Of a DNA stretch of 64,000 nt, positions 8,193 to 16,912 are shown piece by piece (within the stretch, counting starts at the first letter, position 1; every line of letters starts with the position of its first letter). Under the pieces are notes generated by a model, which was not told the origin of the DNA, did no database searches, and was given only the letters and a program-made list of their open reading frames with translations. The translations under genes and the position numbers were made by a program. Origin of the DNA: Kiritimatiellia bacterium (GTDB taxonomy: Bacteria; Verrucomicrobiota; Kiritimatiellia; RFP12; UBA1067); contig JAFXEU010000044.1 of the NCBI GenBank assembly GCA_017520845.1, positions 12,350 through 76,349 on the forward strand, read 5' to 3'.

Positions 8193-9044
8193 CTACTCCG
8201 GCGTAACCTCAAAGCGGACAATCACAGTCCGGTGCTTTTCGATGAATGACGAAGAAAGCCCGCGCACGTGACTTACCTGGGAGGCGGCCCTCAAAACGGT
8301 TCTGTCGGCCGAGGCATCGCCCGAACTCTGGGTCAGAGAATAGCCGACCACCCTTCCTCCTGATCCGAACTGAACAGAAAGACACATTTTTCTAAGACTG
8401 CTCGTCCACGCGGGCCGGTCCCATTTTGAATAGAATGCCTGACGGATCAAGTTGTAACAACGCGTCTCTTCACTCGCATCCAACCCCTGATTCGTCGGAC
8501 CGGGTTTATATCCGGCGTTTAACAATTTCTCCCAATCCTGCGGACGTTTCTCGGTTCTACCGTTGTTTCTGGGCGGCGGAGTCTTAACTTTCGTCGTACT
8601 GCTGCGCATCTCGGCAAGACGCTGCTCGCGAGTCTTTTCGGGCGGCTTGGGCTTTTCAGGCTGTTTCGGAGGCTTGGGAGGTTCCGGAGGTTTAGGAGGC
8701 TTGGGAGGTTCCGGAGGTTTAGGCTTATCCGGCTTCAAAACAACCGCTTCGGTAATTTCGGGTTCATCAGGCGGCGGCGGGTCCGGCTCTTTCGGCGGAT
8801 CGGGCGGCGGCGGATCAGGCTCTGATTGAGGCGGAGTCTCAGGCGGCAGCTCGTTTTCGACACCGTCGAGATTCTCGTTGACGACAACCATCAATTCCAT
8901 CGGAATGACGATTTCCTTTTCTTCCTCGTCCTCGCGCGTTCCGATATACCAGATCGACAGAAACAAAACGAGATGGACGATTATCGCAGCCACGAAGTAG
9001 ACTACGTTAAAAGCGCTCGGTCTCGATTCCTCTCCGATATACAT
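8193..9044 (-). CDS. tonB: TonB-family energy transducer
   Basis: N-terminal TM helix, Pro-rich spacer (PPEPPKPPKPPEPPKPPKQPEKPKPPEK) and a C-terminal TonB-like domain. Directly downstream of exbB-exbD. Confidence 0.85.
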   Translation of the reverse strand: MYIGEESRPSAFNVVYFVAAIIVHLVLFLSIWYIGTREDEEEKEIVIPMELMVVVNENLDGVENELPPETPPQSEPDPPPPDPPKEPDPPPPDEPEITEAVVLKPDKPKPPEPPKPPKPPEPPKPPKQPEKPKPPEKTREQRLAEMRSSTTKVKTPPPRNNGRTEKRPQDWEKLLNAGYKPGPTNQGLDASEETRCYNLIRQAFYSKWDRPAWTSSLRKMCLSVQFGSGGRVVGYSLTQSSGDASADRTVLRAASQVSHVRGLSSSFIEKHRTVIVRFEVTPE

Positions 9045-9458
9045 TTATTTCTCCACCGTAACGAGAGCCATCTTTCGGATTTTACACTTATGGAGTATCT
9101 TTACGACGCTCATGACCTGCCCATAGTCCAATCTTTCATCTCCGCGCACAAGCACGGGAACGTCGGGATCTTCGGCCTGCATGGCCGAAAGCGCCGTTTC
9201 GAGCTCCTCGTGGGTAACAGGTTTATTATTGAGAAAAACTCTGTTGAGCGCGTCTATCGTAACGGTATTGGCCTTTTTATCTTTAGTCGGCAACTGATCG
9301 GTTTTCGCCTGCGGCAGCATAATCGAAACACCCTGTTCCAACGCGGGAAGAGTAACGATAAATGTAACGAGAAGCAAAAAGGTCAAGTCGATGAGCGAAG
9401 TCATATCGACCTGGGCTTTCGGCTTGTCTCCGCGATGACGTCTGCGGCGCAGCGACAT
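9045..9458 (-). CDS. exbD: ExbD/TolR biopolymer transport protein
   Basis: 137 aa. Contains DMTSLIDLTFLLLVTFIV, the TM segment with the conserved Asp. Gene order exbB-exbD-tonB. Confidence 0.9.
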   Translation of the reverse strand: MSLRRRRHRGDKPKAQVDMTSLIDLTFLLLVTFIVTLPALEQGVSIMLPQAKTDQLPTKDKKANTVTIDALNRVFLNNKPVTHEELETALSAMQAEDPDVPVLVRGDERLDYGQVMSVVKILHKCKIRKMALVTVEK

Positions 9459-9459
9459 T

Positions 9460-10188
9460 TTACGCTCCCCTTCCCTGGAACTCGCATGCCACGCGGCCGA
9501 TAAGCTCGTCGGCGAAACCTTCCATATCGCTCGTTACGCTTCTGATCATCGCATTCATCTGATTGAACGCGATAACGCCGGGAATCGCGATAAGAAGACC
9601 GACGACCGTCGTAACGAGAGCCGACGAAATCGAGGGCGCGATCGTGGCGAGATTGGCGCTGCCCGCGCTGCCCATTTCGGCAAACGCGTCGAGAACGCCC
9701 CAGACCGTCCCGAGAAGACCGAGCATCGGAGCGAGAGCGACGACGGTGGCGATTACACCCATACCGTGTTCAACGCGGATTTCCTCTTCGTCAAGCGCAT
9801 GTTCGCATGTGCCGCGCACGAGTTCGATTTCACGAGCCGTGAGCGCAGCCTCGCCGTCGCCGTTGGTATTGCGGCCGACCAGAAGAGCTCTTACATCCGG
9901 AGAAAGAAGCTTAAGAAGCCTCTCGCACGTTTCTTTATAAATACCCTCGAGTCCGGCTTTCGCGGAAGGCCGGCGCGTAAGATAGTATTCGAGAACATCA
10001 TGCCCGGAAGCGAAATCATGGAGAAAGCGCCGCGTTGTCCTTACGACAAACGATAATTCGCGCCATTTGCCGATGATTGCGGCTACCATCGCGACAGATC
10101 CGACGATCTGCAGGAGAACGATTCCCTTGCCGATTGCGTTCGAGACGAAAAATCCGTCAATAAGTGAATTTGCGAAAAATAAAGACAT
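9460..10188 (-). CDS. exbB: MotA/TolQ/ExbB proton-channel protein
   Basis: 242 aa, three-TM pattern, conserved C-terminal half (GLLGTVWGV...TTVVGLLIAIP). Confidence 0.9.
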   Translation of the reverse strand: MSLFFANSLIDGFFVSNAIGKGIVLLQIVGSVAMVAAIIGKWRELSFVVRTTRRFLHDFASGHDVLEYYLTRRPSAKAGLEGIYKETCERLLKLLSPDVRALLVGRNTNGDGEAALTAREIELVRGTCEHALDEEEIRVEHGMGVIATVVALAPMLGLLGTVWGVLDAFAEMGSAGSANLATIAPSISSALVTTVVGLLIAIPGVIAFNQMNAMIRSVTSDMEGFADELIGRVACEFQGRGA

Positions 10189-10193
10189 TAGGA

Positions 10194-11261
10194 TTATTCC
10201 TCTTTTTTAGACTTCTTAAAACTGTTTTTAAATCCGCCGTTGGCGACGGCCGAGGTGATCCGCCCCTCTTCGGGCAGATCGTCGCGCGTCCGTCCGCATG
10301 CGGCGAGAACCTTGTCGGTTGTCTGGAAATGGGCTTTGGCGTGATTCATAAGCCAGACGGGACCTTCCTTCCTGACCATCTCTTCGGCCAGAGCGCGGAC
10401 TTTAGGATCGCTCGAACCGATCGGAACCTTCGGTTTTTCTTCGCCTTCGGCCGGGGGTTCGGAGCCGAAAATCTCCTCGCTCATCCTGGCGACGTCGCGG
10501 AGAAAAATCTCTCTGGCGATAACGGACGCGACTGCTACCGCGATATCGCTTTCAGCCTTATGGCGCTGAACGACCTCGACCTTTTTACCGAGAGGCTTGA
10601 GCGCTCTGAGAATCGTCGCTTCCGTCGGCGCGAACTGGTCGACGACGACGCGGGGACATCCGGAACGTTTGGTCAGCAGCTCTTCAATCGCCGTTCCGTG
10701 AGCCCAGGCGAGCATACGGTTGATGTTGCGCATTTTCGCGTAAAGGCGATTGTAGGCGGCCGGTCCGAGTTTGACGACGCTGTAGCCGTCGGGTCCGAGA
10801 AGCGCGCGCGCCTTCGCACCGGCCGTAAGAACGGCCTTGTCGCTCATCTGCTTACAGTCCTTGATGCCGAGCTCCTGCATCTGAGCGGAAAGTTTCTCGT
10901 CGGTATACGCGCAGCAGACCACGAGGGGTCCGAAATAGTCGCCCTTTCCCGACTCGTCGCTGCCCGCGTGAGGCGCGGTCAACGACGGATCGAGAACAGT
11001 CTCGTAACCGAGAGTCGCAGTCCCAAGAACATTCGGCTCAAGAACGAAAAGAACGAAATCTTCGGCCTTTCCGCCTTGAATACAGAGCTTGCGTTTTCCG
11101 TGCTTCTCCTTAGCGTACAACGTCGCGTTAAAGCCGTCACCTTCTATCGACCAGAGAGAATACGGAACCTCCCTTTTCCGATAATTTCCCGAAAGCATCA
11201 CACCGAGCAGCAACTCCTGCTGATCGTTCGTCAATTCGTATGTAAAAGTCGTCTTCGCCAT
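10194..11261 (-). CDS. rnhC: Ribonuclease HIII
   Basis: N-terminal RNase HIII-specific domain plus a type 2 catalytic core (GSDESGKGDYFGPLVV, DQF, KAESDIAVAVASVIAR). Confidence 0.8.
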   Translation of the reverse strand: MAKTTFTYELTNDQQELLLGVMLSGNYRKREVPYSLWSIEGDGFNATLYAKEKHGKRKLCIQGGKAEDFVLFVLEPNVLGTATLGYETVLDPSLTAPHAGSDESGKGDYFGPLVVCCAYTDEKLSAQMQELGIKDCKQMSDKAVLTAGAKARALLGPDGYSVVKLGPAAYNRLYAKMRNINRMLAWAHGTAIEELLTKRSGCPRVVVDQFAPTEATILRALKPLGKKVEVVQRHKAESDIAVAVASVIAREIFLRDVARMSEEIFGSEPPAEGEEKPKVPIGSSDPKVRALAEEMVRKEGPVWLMNHAKAHFQTTDKVLAACGRTRDDLPEEGRITSAVANGGFKNSFKKSKKEE

Positions 11262-12359
11262 TTACTTAGCGCAAAAACGGAACTCGGTCGTTGACGAATA
11301 CTTCTCTCCAGCCTTGACAATAGTCGTAGGCCACTGAGGCTTATTGGGAGAATCAGGGGCGTGCTGCGTTTCAAGCGCAACGCCGCAACGGAAGGAAAGA
11401 TGTTCACCGCCCTTGGCTTTCTGGTCATAGCTCGCCCAATTGGCCGTATAAACCTGAAGACACGGCTCGGTCGTCCAAACCTCGACGCTGCGGCCGTTCA
11501 ACGGACAGTAAAGGTCTCCAGCCTTGATGAGACCGCCTTTTCCGCCGGCCATGACGCCCTCGTCGAGAACCCAGTTGTGGTCGTAGCCCTTTCCGATTTC
11601 GAGCTGCGGATCAGGCTCGTTGATACGCTCTCCGATACGCATTCCATCGCGGAAGTCGAAGGCGGTTCCAGCGACGTCAGCGATTTCACCGGTCGGAATC
11701 TGGCCCGCATCGGTCGGGGTAACCTTTGATGCGGCGATGGTCATAACATGATCTTCGATCGTGCCGCCCGCTTCGCCCTTGAAGTTGAAGTAGACGTGCT
11801 GAGTCATGTTGATCGGCGTATCCTTATCGGGCACCGCCTCGTAATCGACGCGCCAGACGTTGTCATTTGTAAGAGTATACCTGACACACACCTCGACCTT
11901 ACCGGGGAAGCCCTCTTCACCGTCGGCGGAAACGCGCTTGAATACGACGCCGACATCGTCTCCGCTGATAAACGGTTCAGAGTCCCACACGTACGCGTCC
12001 CAGCCGCGCGCGCCGCCGTGAAGATTGCAGCCGATCCCGCCGGGAGCGTTGTTGAGCGCCGGAAGCTGATAATCGACACCGTTCAACGTAAATTTACCTG
12101 CGGCGATTCTGTTTCCGTAGCGGCCGATGATACAGCCCCAGTAGGGATCCCCGTTGTCCCAGCCCGAAGGATCGTCGAAGCCGACGACGACATCCTTCAT
12201 CGCGCCGTCGCGGTCGGGAGTAAAAAGACGGACGACCTTACCGCCGTAATCGCTCACCTCGAGGACAACGCCGCCCGCGCCTTTGAGGATGAACTTTTTG
12301 GCTTTTTCGCCGTACTTCGTAACGCCGAACTCCATAACTTCAAATGATGCAACCGCCAT
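11262..12359 (-). CDS. galM: Aldose 1-epimerase (galactose mutarotase)
   Basis: 365 aa with GKFTLNGVDYQLPALNN...NLHGG...GWD motifs. GGAGG Shine-Dalgarno 8 nt upstream. Confidence 0.85.
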   Translation of the reverse strand: MAVASFEVMEFGVTKYGEKAKKFILKGAGGVVLEVSDYGGKVVRLFTPDRDGAMKDVVVGFDDPSGWDNGDPYWGCIIGRYGNRIAAGKFTLNGVDYQLPALNNAPGGIGCNLHGGARGWDAYVWDSEPFISGDDVGVVFKRVSADGEEGFPGKVEVCVRYTLTNDNVWRVDYEAVPDKDTPINMTQHVYFNFKGEAGGTIEDHVMTIAASKVTPTDAGQIPTGEIADVAGTAFDFRDGMRIGERINEPDPQLEIGKGYDHNWVLDEGVMAGGKGGLIKAGDLYCPLNGRSVEVWTTEPCLQVYTANWASYDQKAKGGEHLSFRCGVALETQHAPDSPNKPQWPTTIVKAGEKYSSTTEFRFCAK

Positions 12360-12386
12360 TTTTAACCTCCAGTTTTTTTTAACGTT

Positions 12387-13469
12387 TTACAGAACGGGTT
12401 TGATATACTTCTCTTTTATAGCCCGCCACAGCACGAGACAGAACGCCGAAAGCGGAATCGCCAGCAAAAGCCCGAGAATTGAATTAAAGACAATCCCCCA
12501 GAAGAAGAACGAAAATATTACGCCCGCGTAGCCGATTCCCGTCTTGTCGCCCTGGATCTTCGGGGTTATGAAATATCCGTCAAGAAACTGCCCGGTCAAC
12601 CAGACGCAGGTAACCCAAAGCGCCAGAGAGCCTGAACCTTCCGCTCCGAAATAAGCGACCAACAGCGCGACCGGGAGAAAAACAACCGTTCCCAAAAAAG
12701 GCACAAAGTTGAATAAACCGAGCGCAAAGCCGACCACAAAGCCGTATTTAAGACCAACAAGCGAAAACCCGACACCATAGAGAATTCCTTCAAGAATGCA
12801 AATAATCATCTGGCGACGCGCAAAACTGATTACAATATCAATGAACGAATCTATCTGATCGGAAACAAACCGTTTAGTATCCGTTTTGAGAAACGGCATT
12901 TCTTCTGTAAGATCGGCCCCTTTCAGACTCGGTTTAGTGATGAAATACAGAAAGAACACGAGCGAAACCAGCACGCCCAGGATACTTGTCACATAACTGA
13001 CAACGCTTCGCGCTATGTCGGCGCCGCTGGCTTTCATGGATTCGACCCAGGATTCATACGGCAAATCCAGTTTATTTACAAGCGTGACGGCATTTGGAAA
13101 TTCAGAATTGAACCATGCCTTGAACGTTGCTATATATCCCGGAGCGGAATCTAACATACCACCGAGCTGATTGATGGCAAAAAGACCGAAAAACCACAGA
13201 AAAACGCCTATGGGCAACAAAACAGAAAGAATCATCACCGCGACGGCCAGCGACGGATTCTTCACCGCCTTAAGCCACCAGAGATAATACGGCTTAAAAA
13301 GCATAGCAAGAAAAAGACCGATGACCAACGGCGTTATCGCCCCGGACGCGAACTTAAGAAGCGCAATCAGTCCCCATAGCGCAATCACGGCAAACGCCAC
13401 GATAACCCCGACCGAAAGCATGGTCAGGGCGCTCGTAATCGTTTTACGTTGAGGCTCGGTGAATTCCAT
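12387..13469 (-). CDS. AI-2E family (PerM/UPF0118) transporter
   Basis: 360-aa polytopic membrane protein with the family-typical C-terminal half (FNFVPFLGTVV...GDKTGIGYAGVIFS). Confidence 0.8.
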   Translation of the reverse strand: MEFTEPQRKTITSALTMLSVGVIVAFAVIALWGLIALLKFASGAITPLVIGLFLAMLFKPYYLWWLKAVKNPSLAVAVMILSVLLPIGVFLWFFGLFAINQLGGMLDSAPGYIATFKAWFNSEFPNAVTLVNKLDLPYESWVESMKASGADIARSVVSYVTSILGVLVSLVFFLYFITKPSLKGADLTEEMPFLKTDTKRFVSDQIDSFIDIVISFARRQMIICILEGILYGVGFSLVGLKYGFVVGFALGLFNFVPFLGTVVFLPVALLVAYFGAEGSGSLALWVTCVWLTGQFLDGYFITPKIQGDKTGIGYAGVIFSFFFWGIVFNSILGLLLAIPLSAFCLVLWRAIKEKYIKPVL

Positions 13470-13481
13470 TTCTGAATCTCC

Positions 13482-14672
13482 TTAGAAGATTTCGCAGTGC
13501 GGAAGTTCGCCGACGATCGGACGCACGTAATCGAGGAACGCCTCGGTAACATCGTGGCCGTTCCGGGCGATATACTCCTTGGGAACGCTGCGCGTATACT
13601 TCGCGGCGTTCGCAACGGGAACGGGAGCGTAGGCGATTTTATATTTCTTACCCTCTTCGCGGACGATCGCGATCGTCCCCTTCGTAAGTTCGCCCTTTAA
13701 AGCCGCCTTCACGGCCGCCTCGCCGGCCGCGCGGGCCTCGGCCTGGTCGACCTTCGAGGCGATGCCGGGGAATGAGCGCTGGAGATAGCCGAACGTATCG
13801 GCGCGGACGCGCTTGACGTTCGCCTTCGTCTTGAGAATCGTCGCGAGCGCGTCGCCGAGAGCGCCGGTACCGGACATCTGAACGTTACCGTGGGAGTCGG
13901 TCTCACCGGAGCCGAGCTTCGCACCGATCGGAATTCCGTCCTTGCCGCGAATACCCTCCGAGACCGCGCAGACGCAGCGGCCGTACTTCTTCATCGCTGC
14001 CTTAACGTCCTTAATGAACTTCTCTTCCGTAAAGACTACCTCGGGAAGATAGATGAGATGAGGACCGTCATCCTCGCGGATACGCGCGAGCGCCGAAGCC
14101 GCCGTCAAAAATCCGGCGTCGCGGCCCATGATGATGTCGATCTTAACGCCTCCGAGAGCGCGGTTGTCGAGATCGTCGCCGCGGATCGCCGATGCGACGA
14201 AACGCGCCGCAGAGCCGAATCCCGGAGTATGATCGCAGCTTCTCAGATCGTTGTCGATCGTCTTGGGAATGTGATAAACGACGAGAGGATAACCTTCCTT
14301 CTCGGCCTCCTCTGCCACGATGCGCGCGGCGTCTGCGGAATCGTTGCCGCCGATATAGAAGAAAAATCCGACGTTGAGTTTACGGAACTCCTCGAAGATC
14401 GCGCGGCAGTCGGCCGCGTCGGGCTTGCGGCGGCAGCTGCCGAGCGCGGACGATGGCGTTTCGGCGATCGCCTCGAGCTTTTTGGCCGAAGGCTTTTTAA
14501 GATCGATGTAATCGTTCGAAAGGATTCCGACGATACCGTGCCTCGCGCCGAGAATCTTACCGATTCTGTCGCTCTTGCGCGCCTCGAGAACGGCTCCGAC
14601 CAGCGACTGGTTGATGACCATCGACGGACCTCCGGACTGGGCGATAACCATATTCATCTTCTTCATTGTCAT
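13482..14672 (-). CDS. Phosphofructokinase family A, divergent paralogue 1 (phosphoryl donor uncertain)
   Basis: GGPSMVIN, YIGGNDSAD, IPKTIDNDL and MGRDAGFL motifs. At the positions equivalent to E. coli PfkA 104/124 it has Asn and Lys. Confidence 0.8.
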   Translation of the reverse strand: MTMKKMNMVIAQSGGPSMVINQSLVGAVLEARKSDRIGKILGARHGIVGILSNDYIDLKKPSAKKLEAIAETPSSALGSCRRKPDAADCRAIFEEFRKLNVGFFFYIGGNDSADAARIVAEEAEKEGYPLVVYHIPKTIDNDLRSCDHTPGFGSAARFVASAIRGDDLDNRALGGVKIDIIMGRDAGFLTAASALARIREDDGPHLIYLPEVVFTEEKFIKDVKAAMKKYGRCVCAVSEGIRGKDGIPIGAKLGSGETDSHGNVQMSGTGALGDALATILKTKANVKRVRADTFGYLQRSFPGIASKVDQAEARAAGEAAVKAALKGELTKGTIAIVREEGKKYKIAYAPVPVANAAKYTRSVPKEYIARNGHDVTEAFLDYVRPIVGELPHCEIF

Positions 14673-14683
14673 TACCTTTCGTT

Positions 14684-16756
14684 TTATCGGCTTAAAATTT
14701 CTTCGCGCACATTCCGCGGCGCGATATCGAACATGTCGGGCTCCATCGAATACGACGCGCGACCCTTCGTAAGAGAGCGGATGCTCGTCGCGTAACCGAA
14801 GAGCTTCGCGAGCGGAACGCGCGCATGAACGAGCTGCATATCGCCGCGCTGGCTCATATCGAGCACCGTGCCGCGACGGGAGTTGAGATCGCCCAGGACT
14901 TCACCGACAGATTCGGGGGGAGTTGTAATCTCAAGCTTCATGATCGGCTCGAGAAATTCGGGCGCGGCGTTTTCGGCGGCCTCTCTAAAGCCCATCACCG
15001 CTGCCGAGCGGAACGCGACCTCGTCGGATATTTCCATATCTACCATCTCGGCGGCGACACACTCGACGGCGAGATCGGTCATCGGATAACGCGCGAGAAC
15101 GCCGGTGGCGATACCGTCCTTAAGACCCTGCTCGACGCATTCCTGAAGATGCTTGTCGGCGACGGTGTTTCTGAAGTCGCGAGAAAGATCGATTTTAACG
15201 CCTTCGCCGCGCTCAAGCGGTTTTACGGCGAGAGTAAGCGTAACGGCGTGACGCTTTCCGCCGAGCTCTCGGTCAAACGAGAACTTCGTCGTCGCCGGGG
15301 CGGTAACCGTTTCGACGTACGAGACCATGGGCTTACCGACATTCGCGGCGCACTTGAACTCGCGTTTAAGGCGGTCTACGAGAATTTCAAGGTGGAGCTC
15401 GCCCATTCCCGAAAGAATCGTCTGGCCCGTCTCCTCGTCTTCGCGGACCTGGCACGTCGGATCCTCGGCCGCGAGAGTATACATGGACTCGACAAGCTTA
15501 TCCTTGTCGGCGGAGCTCTTAGGCTCGATGGCGAGGAACATGACGGGCTGGGGGGCTGTGATGCGCTCTAAGTAGCACGGCTTCATCTCGGCGCAGAGAG
15601 TATCGCCCGTCGTGCAGTCCTTAAGCCCGACGACCGCGCCGATATCGCCCGCCTTAAGCTCGTCGACCTCGATCTGATCATCGGCGAAAAGACGGACGAT
15701 CTTCATGATGCGCTCGCGCTTCTTGGTGCGTGGGTTGTAGGCGTTAGCGCCCTTTTTGAGAACACCCGCGTAAACGCGTACGAAAAAGAGTTTACCGACG
15801 TACGGATCTGTCGCGATCTTAAAGACGATCGAGGTCAAAAGCTCGGAATCGCTCTGCTTGCGCGTTACGGCCTCTCCCGATTTAAGATCGGTCGCGGTGA
15901 CACTGGGACGGTCGAGCGGCGAAGGCAGATAAGCGCAGATAGCGTCGAGAAGCGGCTGAACGCCCTTGTCGCGAAGTGACGTTCCGCAGAGGACGGGAAC
16001 GAGCCTACCCGCAACGACCTGGCGGCGGATGGCGGGAATAAGCTCTTCTGCGGAAAGATCGCCCTTCTCAAGAAACGCCTCCATCACCTCTTCGTCAAGA
16101 TCGGCGACCTTCTCCACGAGTTCAGCGCGTGCGAGAGCGGCGTCGTCGGCAAATTCGGACGAAATCTCGCCTACCGTAAACTTTTTACCCTCGGACGCCT
16201 CGTCGTATACGATCTCCTTCATGTTGATGAGATCGATGACACCCTTGAAAGTCTCTTCTTTACCGATAGGCAACTCAATCGGACAAGCATTCGCTTTAAG
16301 CTTATCCTTAAGCTCATCCACAACGCGGTTGAAATCGGCGCCCATACGGTCCATCTTGTTGATAAAAGCAAGACGCGGCACATTATATCGGTCGGCCTGG
16401 CGCCATACGGTCTCGGACTGGGGCTGCACTCCGCCGACGGCACAGAACACGCACACGGCGCCGTCGAGAACTCTGAGCGAACGCTCGACCTCCATCGTAA
16501 AGTCGACGTGACCGGGAGTATCGATGATGTTGATCGCGTGACTGTTCCACTCGCAGGAAATGGCGGCGGACTGAATCGTAATTCCGCGTTCGCGCTCCTG
16601 AATCATGAAGTCGGTCGTAGTGTTCCCGTCATGAACATCACCGTGCTTGTGGATCTTGCCGGTATAGAAAAGAATGCGCTCGGTAGTGGTGGTTTTACCT
16701 GCGTCGATATGCGCAACAATTCCAATGTTGCGTACGTTGGATAATTCATTCGTCAT
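14684..16756 (-). CDS. fusA: Translation elongation factor G
   Basis: 690 aa with [32 protein letters not shown] and NKMD G-domain motifs. Not preceded by rpsL/rpsG. Confidence 0.95.
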   Translation of the reverse strand: MTNELSNVRNIGIVAHIDAGKTTTTERILFYTGKIHKHGDVHDGNTTTDFMIQERERGITIQSAAISCEWNSHAINIIDTPGHVDFTMEVERSLRVLDGAVCVFCAVGGVQPQSETVWRQADRYNVPRLAFINKMDRMGADFNRVVDELKDKLKANACPIELPIGKEETFKGVIDLINMKEIVYDEASEGKKFTVGEISSEFADDAALARAELVEKVADLDEEVMEAFLEKGDLSAEELIPAIRRQVVAGRLVPVLCGTSLRDKGVQPLLDAICAYLPSPLDRPSVTATDLKSGEAVTRKQSDSELLTSIVFKIATDPYVGKLFFVRVYAGVLKKGANAYNPRTKKRERIMKIVRLFADDQIEVDELKAGDIGAVVGLKDCTTGDTLCAEMKPCYLERITAPQPVMFLAIEPKSSADKDKLVESMYTLAAEDPTCQVREDEETGQTILSGMGELHLEILVDRLKREFKCAANVGKPMVSYVETVTAPATTKFSFDRELGGKRHAVTLTLAVKPLERGEGVKIDLSRDFRNTVADKHLQECVEQGLKDGIATGVLARYPMTDLAVECVAAEMVDMEISDEVAFRSAAVMGFREAAENAAPEFLEPIMKLEITTPPESVGEVLGDLNSRRGTVLDMSQRGDMQLVHARVPLAKLFGYATSIRSLTKGRASYSMEPDMFDIAPRNVREEILSR

Positions 16757-16766
16757 AACTCATAAT

Positions 16767-16779
16767 ATTATACCAAAAA
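16767..16779 (-). promoter_or_regulatory. Extended -10 promoter (TTTTGGTATAAT) upstream of fusA; predicted near-leaderless transcript
   Basis: The minus strand reads TTTTTGGTATAAT-ATTATGAGTT-ATG. Only 10 nt separate the -10 from the fusA ATG, and there is no SD. Confidence 0.45.
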
Positions 16780-16825
16780 GAAACGCCGAAAAGCGCAATA
16801 ACTTTACTTAAAATAGCCCATGGAG

Positions 16826-16870
16826 GCAATAAATAAAACGAAGAGACGCGACATCTGCCGCGCCTCTTCG
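16826..16870 (-). terminator. Rho-independent terminator after the GH42-like gene
   Basis: Minus-strand RNA reads CGAAGAGGCGCG-GCAGAUGU-CGCGUCUCUUCG followed by UUUUAUUUAUU: a 12-bp stem with one G.U pair. Confidence 0.7.
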
Positions 16871-16877
16871 TTTATTA

Positions 16878-16912
16878 ATCACTAGCGACTAATAACTAGT
16901 CACTAATCACTT
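16878..16912 (-). repeat. Heptamer array (TAGTNNY)x5 starting at the stop codon of the GH42-like gene
   Basis: The minus strand reads AAGTGAT TAGTGAC TAGTTAT TAGTCGC TAGTGAT, with the TGA stop inside the first unit. Same unit family as 28307-28439. Confidence 0.7.

Noticed and set aside
8640-8760. Tandem ~27-nt DNA repeats (ggaggcttgggaggttccggaggtttag x2)
   Set aside because: Explained by the PPEPPKPPK repeat of the TonB proline-rich spacer. It is not an independent element.
10164-11294. 376-aa plus-strand ORF opposite rnhC
   Set aside because: Same antisense-frame artefact. RNase HIII motifs clearly define the minus-strand frame.
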